A stretch of DNA of 64,000 nucleotides, from assembly GCA_013265495.1 (NCBI GenBank), contig MU061542.1, positions 30,972 to 94,971 on the forward strand. The letters are read 5' to 3'. Position 1 is the first letter of the stretch, and each line of letters opens with the position of its first letter. Position numbers and translations under genes: made by a program. Under the pieces are notes generated by a model that made no database searches, was not told where the DNA came from, and worked only from the letters and a program-made list of their open reading frames with translations. This document shows positions 1 through 9,790 of the stretch, one piece after another. The DNA is from Vicugna vicugna. Lineage: Eukaryota.

Positions 1-1011
1 TTTCCTTCCTTCTGCTGCTTTTTGGGGCTTTTGTTCTTCTTTTTCTAATTGACTCAGGTGGTGGTTTAACTTGTTTATTTGAGATTGTTCTTCTTTTTTG
101 AGGAAGGCCTGTATCGCTATAAACTTCCCTTAGCACTGCCTTTGCTGTGTCCCATAGATTTTGAGTACCTGTGCTTTCATTATCATTTGTCTCAAGGTAT
201 TTTCTAATTTCAGCTTTGATTTTCTCATTGACTCATTGTTTTTTCAATAACATATTGTTTAATCTCCATTCTTTCCTTTTTTTCTCCTTTGTTTCTCTGT
301 TGTTGATTTCCAGTTTCATGGCATTGTGGTCAGTAAAGATGCTTGAGATAATTTCTATCTTCTTAAATTTGTTGAGGTTTCTTTTGTGCCCAGGTGCATG
401 ACTGATACTGGAAAATGTTCCAATGCACTTGAAGTGAATATATATCCTATTTTTTGTTTGTGTAATGCTCTGAAAATATCCACCAAGTATAGTTTTTCTA
501 TTGTAGTATTTAATTTCTCTGTTGCCTTGTTTATTTTCTGTCTGGAAGATCTGTCTAGTGATGTTAATGCAGTGTTAAAATCTCCAACTATGATTGTATT
601 CCCATCAATATCCCCCTTTATCTCTGTTAGTAATTCTTGTATGTACTTAGGTGCTCCTATATTGGGTGCATATATATTAACGAGTGTAATATCTTCATCT
701 TGTATCACTCCTTTAATCATTATGAAATGTCCTTCTTTATCTTTCTTTATGGCCTTTGTTTTAAAGTCTATTTTGTCTGAAATCAGTACTGCAACACCTG
801 CTTTTTTGGTTTTTCCATTTGCATGGAACATCCTTTTCCATCCTTTCACTCTCAATATACATGTGTCCTTCTCCCTAAAGTGGGTCTCTTGTAGGCAGCA
901 TATTGAAGGTTTTTGCTTTATTATCCAGTCTGCCACTCTATGTCTTTTGACTGGAGCATTTAGTCCATTAACATTTACAGTAATTAATGATAGATGTGTG
1001 TTTATTGCCAT
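1..1011 (-). pseudogene. L1 ORF2 N-terminal APE-like endonuclease domain, frameshifted near 430
   Basis: ATG at 1011 reads MAINTHLSLITVNVNGLNAP... within track ORF 355..1299. Similarity is lost after YIFTSSA and resumes in another frame (LGHKRNLNKFKKIEIISSIFTDHNAMKLEIN). Confidence 0.93.
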
Positions 1012-1417
1012 TTTGAAGTTATCTTTGCAGTTGAATTGGTATATTCTCTTTGTTCCTTTCTTCTTCCTTTTGTGGTTTGGTAATTTTTTCATTGTATTAT
1101 TGTGGATTTTATTTAATTTTTGTGACTCCCTTGTAAGTTTTTGGCTTGTGGTTACCCTTTTTTGTAAATCTATTAACCCATTACTATAACTGTTTTTATT
1201 AAACTGATAGTAACATGATCTCAAACCCATCCTACTGAGAACAAAAGATTTAAAAAAGAAAGAAAACAATATTCTATATTTCCTGCCTCCCTCTCCCACT
1301 CTCAGTGATTTGTATGTCTTCTTTTATAATTTCGTGTTTTCTTTATTTGTAGTTCATGAGTTATCACCTTGCCAGTTGTGAGTTTGTCATTTCTGTAGCA
1401 TCCTGGTGCTTTTCTAT

Positions 1418-2345
1418 TTAGAATAGCCGTTTCAGTATTTCTTTTAGCTTCTGTTTAGTGTTGCTAAACTCCTGCAGTTTTTTTTGTTTGTTTGTTTGTT
1501 TTTGTTTTTGTCTGTGAAACTCTTTATTTCTCCTTCTATCCTAAAGGACAGCCTTGCTGGATAAAGTATCCTAGGCTGCATCTTTTTTCATTCAGGGCTT
1601 TGAGTATATCTTGCCATTCCCTTCTGGCCTGTAGTGTTTCTGTAGAGAAATCAGCTGAGAGCCTTATGGGGGTTCCCTTGTAGCTTACTCTTTGCTTTTC
1701 TCTTGCTGCCTTTAGAATCATTTCTTTATCCTTGACTCTGGCCATCTTGATTATGATATGTCTTGGTGTGGGTCTATTTGGGTTCTTCCTGTTTGGGACC
1801 CTCTGAGCTTCCTGTACTTGTATATCTGATTCCTTCTTTAAGTTTGGGAAGTTTTCAGTCATGATTTCTTCAAAAACCTTTTCAATCCCCTTTTATCCTT
1901 CTTCCCCTTCTGGGACCCCTATTATGCGAAGATTGGGATGCTTTATATTATTCCCATTGGTCCCTTATGCTATTTGCATTATTTTTTATTTGCTTATCTT
2001 GTAGTTTTTCTGAATGGGTGCTTTCTATTGCCCTGTCTTCTAAATCACTAATCCGTTCCTCTGCATTATCTAGTCGGCTTTGCACAGCTATTAAATCATT
2101 CCTCATCTCTGTCAATGAGTTTACCCATTCTACTTGGCTCTTCTTTATAGCTTCAATTTCATTTTTGACATATTTTATATCTCTAAACAATATCCCTTTT
2201 AATTCCTTCAGCAATTTGATCACTCTTTTTTTGAAATATTGATCTAGTAGACTATCGATTTCTATTTCATTGATCTTTCTTTCTTAGGGGATTCCTCTTG
2301 TTCTTTTAATTGGGAAAGGTTTCTCTGCTTCTTCATCTTGCTCAT
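1418..2345 (-). pseudogene. L1 ORF1 (coiled-coil/RRM/CTD RNA chaperone), disrupted
   Basis: ATG at 2345 (MSKMKKQRN...). Track fragments 1948..2223 and 1536..1862 are in different frames. The C-terminus LQEFSNTKQKLKEILKRLF* ends at 1418, with a (TTTG)n expansion at ~1479-1510. Confidence 0.9.
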
Positions 2346-2759
2346 ACCTCTCTGGCACTGTGGTTTATGGAGTATCAGTTGTCTATTTTGGGTCTTAAGG
2401 ATTTTATCTATCTAATGCCTATTTAGGACTAGATCTTAGGAAAAAAAGAAAAAATAAGAGAGGGAGAGAATGAATTTTAAAAGAAGGGAGAAAGAGGGTT
2501 TGAAAACAGTGTATAATGAATAATTGAAGAGCGAGTTGAAGCAGAGTATTAATCGAGTTCAGACATCCTTTTAAAACCTTTAAAAAAAAATAGAAGGGGG
2601 AAGATGAATAGATGTATTTGAAACCTATGTCTAATCAATAACAGGACATCAAAACCCAAGAGAAATAGAAATGAATTAAGAAGTAAAAATTAAGAGAATA
2701 ATAGAAAATACAACAGGTAAAAACAGATTTAAAAAAAAGGGGGGGAAGGGGAGGCTGTC

Positions 2760-4020
2760 GGTGTTCTCCTGGAGTCTGTGTGCTTTTAATGTGAAGTCTT
2801 TCTGTCTTCGTCCTGTTTTGGAATCTCAGCTTGTTGTTTTCAAAGGCCCTCTGTTGGCGCCCTCTTCTGTGCTGCTCCCAGCACCTGTCAGCAAGCAGAT
2901 CGCGCCTCCTCCTAACACGGGGTCAGGTGCAGCTCTCCTCTGCTGTGGGCGGGCGGGTCACAGCCCCTCCGGATGCCGCTGTCAGATGTTGCAGACTGGC
3001 CAGGCAGGAGGGCGGGTCATGCCCCCTCCCAGCACCTCGGTTAGGGACTGTGTTCCTGCCTGAAAGGCGGGGGGCCGCTCTCCCTCTACCTGTGACGCCC
3101 GTTGCTCCGCTGCGTGCTCCGCCCTGGTTGGCGCTCCGCAGGTGGGCTTGGGGAAGACCGAGGGACAGCCTTGTCCATGCTCGGAGCCAAAACCCAGCTC
3201 CTTGTTTGTCTTTCTGGAGCAAGTTCTCTGAGCGACCAGGATGGAAGGATCCCATCTGCCTCAGGCTGTAGGCCTGTCTCAGTCTGGCCTTTGAGGCTGC
3301 TAAGCCCTTCGGTGCTGATACAGGTTTCACCAACCCCCTCTCCTCGCCTGGGTGCTCAGTGCTGGAGGATATGGCGGCTGTGCCTGAGCCCCGCCTCTCT
3401 TCCCCATAAAAGTTTCCGCGTGTTTTCAGAGATGGAGGTATGCACCCTGCCCCTGAGAGCACATCAACCTTGCTGTTTTATGGAGGGCCCAGGTTGTTCT
3501 GCCCTGTACACCCACAGCCACGGCGTACAGCACCTTGTAGTCCCCCAGGGCTGCCTCCGTGCAGCCGCCCCTCTCCTCCACCCGGCTTGTGCAGCCTGGC
3601 CCTGCCCGCCGCTGCCAGCCGGCGTCTCAGGCTGGGTGTCGGGGGGGATGCTCTGTGTCTGTTTAACTTGGTTCTGTCAGCCAAGGGCTTCTCTGTACAG
3701 ATCCGAGCCTCTGGAGGTTCTCCCTCCGTCCTGCTGGCCTCTCAGTTGGAGAGGGGAGTCCCAGGGAGCGAGCGCCAGTCCTCCTTTGCTGCTCCCTCCC
3801 TGTGGGACCCATCCCGCGCTGCTTTTCCTTTTGTTCTTTTTTTTTCCTTTTCTTCTACCAGATTTTTAGCGTCTTTATCTTTTGAAGAGGGCGATGTTTT
3901 GTCGGAGTTCCACAGGTGCTCTGTTTGGCTGAGTGAGTCTGTAGATGTGGTTCTTGGTGTATTTGTGGGAGAGTGTGACTTACGAGCGTCCTTCTACTCC
4001 GCCATCTTTTCCGTCTCTCT
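2760..4020 (-). promoter_or_regulatory. L1 internal promoter / CpG-rich 5'UTR with a YY1 motif (CCGCCATCTT, 3999-4008)
   Basis: This is the only long GC/CpG-rich island in the window. The YY1 consensus lies ~13 nt from the element's 5' end, as in other mammalian L1s. Confidence 0.8.
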
Positions 4021-4239
4021 TCTTCTTTCTTCCTTCTTCTTCTTCTTCTTCTTCTTCTTCTTCTTCTTCTTCTTCTTCTTCTTCTTCTTCTTCTTCTTCT
4101 TCTTCTTCTTCTTCTTCTTTTCTTCTTCTTCTTCTCCTCCTCCTTCTATTTCTCCTTCTCCTTCTTCTTTCTTCTTCTTCCTTCTTTTCCTTCTCCTCCT
4201 TCCCCTTCCCCTCCTCCTTCTTCTTCTTTCTTTTCTCCT
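4021..4239 (+). repeat. (CTT)n microsatellite (29 perfect units, 4033-4119) within a ~220-bp polypyrimidine tract
   Basis: Read directly from the sequence; the tract is almost purely C/T. Confidence 0.98.
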
Positions 4240-4403
4240 ACCATATTTATGATGAATTTTGTCTTTTGAAGAAAGTGATGCTCTGTCAAATTTCAGTAGG
4301 TGTTCTGAGTAAATAGGTAGGTCTGTGGATGTCTCTGTTGGTGTATTCATGGGAGAGGGTGAGCTAAAAGTGTCCTTCTACTCCACAGTCTTGGCTGCTC
4401 CCC
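4236..4403 (-). mobile_element. Older, diverged L1 5'-terminal fragment homologous to 3853-4020
   Basis: Colinear matches between the two copies: CTACCA..TCTTTTGAAGA..TCTGT(G/A)GATGT..TTGGTGTATT..GGGAGAG..GTCCTTCTACTCC. Confidence 0.8.
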
Positions 4404-7400
4404 TATCCAGAGAGATTTTTAATTTCTCAATTTTAGCATATCATGGGTATTTTCATAAAGATAATCTTTGTACAAATTGCAGGAAAAAATAGGATATACA
4501 AAATAAACAACATATACTAATTACAGTCATAGAACTCAAAATCATGTTGGAAACATTAGTGTTTATAAAGATACAGCCATTAGGTAGAGATAGATATTCA
4601 ACAAAGTATATGTATATAAAACAGATGGCGATTCAAAGAGTATAATATTTAGGTTTTTTATGGGTATTTTAAAGATAATACAATTGAGAAAGTTTCCAAA
4701 AAGATTGATTTGAATAAGCAGACATGAATATATAGTGCATATGTATTGTAACTATTCACATGACCCTAGAAAATTCAATACTTTAAAGCTTTGCACCATT
4801 AAAATGAAAAACAACAGCTTAACAGTTGGCATCTTATTAAAATGCCTTGAGATATTGAATGTAATGATTTGACAACACAGATACAAAGTTATAAGAAAAT
4901 AAATAAGACCAAATGTGTCATTCATAAGATTTGCTCAATTGAGAGAGGAATCATTTTGGGTGAAATACAGTAATCAGGGGTATCTTCATGGTTCTATAAT
5001 TAATTAAATCAGTTATGTCTACGTAGATACAGCATGACCTGAGATTGTTCCATGTGAAGACAATAATTCAAATAATTTTAATAATGATTTATTTATAGGT
5101 AGTGTCAAGACTGGATTTTTCATAAGATATTTTTTCAGTCAATAACAAAAGATAAAGTTAGCCAAACTAAATAGAGGCAGATTGTTGAGGAATGCAAATT
5201 CCCATAAAACCAAATACAATAGTTCATGTTACTAGTTGGGTTTTATTACTGCTACTATGCCTGAAGTGTATGCAACTTTTCAATGACAAAATACTCTTAT
5301 ATATATTAGGTAATTTAGTTGCCAAAATAAATTTTTGTTCAAACTAAGCCTTAAAAGTGTTGAATTATTTTCATGTAAAGTCATAGATCTAGTAAGTTGA
5401 GAAGCCAGGACCAGAGTGCATGTATTTTTATAGCTAAGTCCAGTGCATTATTAGTCATATTCTTTGAGTGCATGTAAGAGGAATCAAAATTCAATCTGAT
5501 TTAAACGGTAACAAAACTTACTAACTTTAAGAAGATAAAGTGAAGCAACAAACAGGGTTCATTGCTTTATTGCAAGAGTTACTAAAGACAGGTATTTTCT
5601 TCATGTCTTCTCATCTATTATTGTCTTTAAGTTCATCCTCAAAATGTTAGCATTTCCAGACATATGAAATTATGCAAGGATCAAAAGAGGAAAAGAGGAA
5701 GTCTTTCCTGTGGCTTTTTTAAGGAATCAAAGGAATATTTTATAGAAGTACATTTCCCTGAGCCCCATTGAATAACATGCACATTGTTGATATAGTAACT
5801 AAAATTGAAATAAAATTAGTTTTAAACCAATAATAACTATTCCTAGAGTTAATGGTAGGGAGTTCTTCTGTTTTATAAGTCTACATGAAGGAGACATGAA
5901 TATCTGAATAAAATTAGGATTATTTTCAGAAAGAAGAAAGAAATATCTGTGCTGGATAGAAAACTCACAATGTCAGCTCCTTTTGGTGAGTTTTTCTCTG
6001 CCACTGTAAACATAATGTGATTATTAAATAAACACATGGCAAGTGAATCAGACAGGTAAATGTGTGTGATCCTCTTTAAATTGAATAGCATTTGATAATT
6101 GGAGTGCTTCAGTTTCCTATTGATATGGTAAATAATTATCAGATATTTAGCAGCTTAACACTAATTTATTAATCTTACAGTTTTATACTTTGTTTCATAA
6201 TTTATCAATTACATTGAAATAATTATTTTAAATGATCTGAAATTTGTTTTGCTACTTTTGGTATTTGATGTGTAATTATAGTAAGGTTTAGTAGCCATTC
6301 ATGTATTTACTGATGTAGTGAGAAAACAGCAGCCTTGATGGTGGGGATAAGTGGATTTTAATCCAGGTTATGCCATGAATATCTTTCTAATTATTTGCAA
6401 AACTATTAATTCCTATAAGACTCAGTTATCTTATGTGGTGGCCAGACAACATTAACACTTAAGGGCCCTTTCAGTTATACCACTTCTAAATATCAATCTA
6501 AAAATTATAAAATAATAAATCAAGTCTATAGGTATATAATAGTTAAACTATGGGTTGATTTTTTAAAATTAAAAGAATAAATTCAGAGCTGCAAAGAATA
6601 ATATTCTCTTTTGGGTTTGATTTTGAGACATGTTATTAGTTGTGAAATAATCAACTTAATTTTGCCAATCCAGCTAATGCTTCTTGAGAATCAATTTTCT
6701 TAAATACCTAAAGTTCCTTAAAAATCACAATGGCCCTGTGGAAAAAATACCCTAGCAGGAACCATTACCATACCTGCTTGTTCCTTCTTAGACTAGATTT
6801 CAATGTGAAGAAACAATTTGAAAACAGGGGGAAAACATTTTTTAGGCAAGGGAGTTTAAGATCTAAACTTACAAAATGATACTGGAAATATGTGGAAAGA
6901 GCTAATTTTGAGAATGTAAAGGAGACTGATTTACAAAAGCAGTTTTTTATAAACGCACATTTACATGAACTATTTTTTTCCTGTCACGCTTGTCTTGGAA
7001 TTTCAGTTTTACTTAGACATTTTATCTTGCTAGATAAAAATTATTTATTTAAGATGCATCATAAAATTAAATTTTATCAAATCAATAAGTAGCTGTAAGA
7101 TGAGTAAGCTTGTAGAATTACAAAATGCTCTCAGTACCCTAATAACTATGGATCATAACTGGAGGAGTTTGTATTGTTTTTGGTCAATATTGGTTGAAGA
7201 ATTTTTAGCAGATACATTGGAATCTTTACAATAAATTATAAAGTCCAAAAAAGAGTGAAGTTTGAGTAAGTTGATTCCTGGGATAAGGTAACATAACATT
7301 TTAGATTTGGCCACATAAAAAAATGCACCAGATGAATGTTACCATGTTATTTTCTTGTACTGTGTAAGGTATTTTTAACTTTTATTTTTGAAGTAGCTAG

Positions 7401-9689
7401 TACACCAAAATAAAATAAACAGAACAAAAAATCCCCCAAAACACCAAAAAACAAAACAAGATAAAAAACCCTTTTCTAAATAATTTTTGGCAGACAGTAA
7501 CAAATGTGTCATTTCTGTCATTGTGCTAGTTTAAATTAACTCCATAGAGTTGCTTACTGAGTTGTTTGGTACTCGATATGGATTAAATAGTAATGTGAAA
7601 TTTTTCTATTCCATAACTTTCGTGTATACCTAACCCAGGCTAGGTGGTACCTTAACATTTGTTTGATCAGTTGGCAGTTTTTTGGAAGTAGAATTCCATA
7701 AAAATATTTTCCTCTGTGTTAAAGGAACTATTTTGATCCGTTGTGATGGCTTTTATTAGTTGGGCACATTTTTATTGGAGAAACTATCTTCAAAGAAAGG
7801 CAAAGTTAATAATTTTTAGTGTATAGGTGAAAATGTTATTATTTGTGATCAAAATTCAGCAGAAGACTTAGGATAGCTTCATGTCTTTAGAGTTTAGTTG
7901 TCAAAGGACTTACCTAGTTTTATGGTTCTTCATATTTCCTCTGACAGAAAAAGTCTTCTGGTCTTTCAAGGCATCAATAACCTAATTATGATTATGATTT
8001 TAAAAAATAAGAAATATTTCTTTTTATGTGTCAGTCTCTTCAATAAGTATTTTGTATTTACTTCAAATGTTTTTCTTCTGTGTGAGAATGTTCTTGCAAC
8101 TTCAGATAGACTAGTTCTTTCCCTCTGATAAATTATAGCTATTAATGCTCATTTCTACTACAATAGCACATCATTTTTCAATTATTAGATCATATGTCCT
8201 TCAATTATTAAATCATATGTCATGGGAAATTCTCTCAACTCTAAATAACTAAATTGTTCCTATAACATAAAAGATGCTAAATATTGATTAAATTAGCATA
8301 ATTAAAGCAAAAGCATTTTATGAGAGGTTGAGAACTAGCTAATAGTGTTGTAACATTTTCATTACAATCAGACACATGTCTCCCAAGCTATTTAAATTGT
8401 TGCTCCAGACTTTAAGCAGCCATTGCAAGTATATACTTGTCATTCTGTATGTTTCTCTGTGTGTCAACATGTAACTTACCTTTTCTAGTATTGTTCTTGA
8501 ATTGTTCTTAAAATTACCCTTTTTACATTATTTAGCAATTACCTGTATTAGGAGGAGATGTGAAGGGTTCTTTAATTTGGTTGCACTTTTGATATATATG
8601 TTCAGCTGGAGGACTTAGTGTCAACTTTCAGTCATGGTTTACAAGAAAATTTTCTCCAAAGCTTGTCTGAAATTTGCAAAGATAACAATTGATAAAGAAC
8701 ATGATATAACTATTATAATCATTTTTGTGTATTTTGTATTGCCTAAGAAGACTATGTCAAAAATTACTATTCTGTCAGACATTATGCATGAGAGGAAAAT
8801 AGTTGTCTTGATTTGAGGCTGCTTAAACATGGTCTTTGAGCACACAAAGTTGGAATAGAACTGAGAGAATATATAGCAGAATAAATCCAGTCATCATTTT
8901 ATATCTAGGCTTTGAATAACTTTAACAAATTTTTGTTAGAGGAAAATGTTAGAATTTAAGATGTTTTATTGTAGTCAGTTGTGAGTATGTTTAAAATGAT
9001 TACAGCTTTTATTTAATTTAGACTTAACAATTACAACAGAAAGATATTTTAATATCATTTTGAAAAACTTTTTTGTATATTATTCAGAATTTGTGTATTG
9101 CTCTAGTAGTTTAAATGTACTTCAGTAAAAGCTGAATTATTGTTCCTGTGTGGGAAGGTTTTAAATAAATCTTTTAAGTCTTCTGCATTATGAGGACAGG
9201 AGTTCAGTAAAGCACAGTTAATTGAACTATCTGGATTTATGGTTTCCCTAAAAGCAGTTCATTAAAATGATCACCTTCATGTATAAATAGGAAGCACTGA
9301 TTGATAGGTAAATTATTTACTGCATGTCTAAAGAAACTGAATTATTTCTGCAAATCATCAATTGTTTTAAAATTATTTATATTTAAATATTTATTTTATA
9401 AAATTGTTATCATTAGGACAGCAGATTCACAGGATCCACATAATCACAGTAGCAGAAGTGGAGAAATTGTAAGTATCCAAACTCAAATTTAAAAAGCAAT
9501 GTGGGCTTCTGGTTCTGTAAATAGTCATTTAAGTAGAATAACTGCATTGGAAAGAAGTGGGATGAAAAGATACTCTTAGTTTAATATGTTTAGGGAATGA
9601 TAAAGAAATGTTTACAAAATCAAGTCAGGGTATTTCAACATTTAAAAATGTTTCTTTTAAAATTATAAGTTGCATTTTCATTAAACTCT

Positions 9690-9790
9690 TTTAAACCAGC
9701 TCTTCCTTCTGACTTCCAATTTCTATGTTTTATCCAGTGACCAAAAATAGAATCTTAGAGTCATTTTTAACTCCTTTTGTTCCCACTTTC
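9690..9790 (+). mobile_element. L2 fragment
   Basis: AATCTTAGAGTCATTTTTAACTCC resembles the L2 motif aacctgggagtcatccttgactcc (from recall). Confidence 0.4.

Larger units (their letters stand above)
1..4020 (-). mobile_element. LINE-1 5' portion (5'UTR, ORF1, start of ORF2); continues beyond the left window edge; disabled by frameshifts
   Basis: The minus strand starts GAGAGACGGAAAAGATGGCGGAGTAGAAGG (typical L1 5' end), followed by a GC/CpG-rich UTR, ORF1 peptides (ENFPNL..QEAQRVP..TPRHIIIK..KGTPIRLSADFSTETLQARREW) and the ORF2 endonuclease (ITVNVNGLNAPVKRHRVADWI..CCLQETH..NIYAPN..VGDFNT). Confidence 0.97.

Noticed and set aside
386..1189. 267-aa + strand ORF
   Set aside because: It is the antisense shadow of L1 ORF2.
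355..1299. 314-aa ORF as an intact endonuclease gene or active L1
   Set aside because: The true ORF2 start is at 1011, the frame breaks near 430, and ORF1 is also frameshifted.
3945..4350. Poly-Lys, poly-Ser and poly-Phe ORFs in the track
   Set aside because: They are translations of the (CTT)n microsatellite, which has no stop codons in any frame.
7100..7234. Short ORF MSKLVELQNALSTLITMDHNW... (44 aa)
   Set aside because: No recognisable similarity, and the length is expected by chance.
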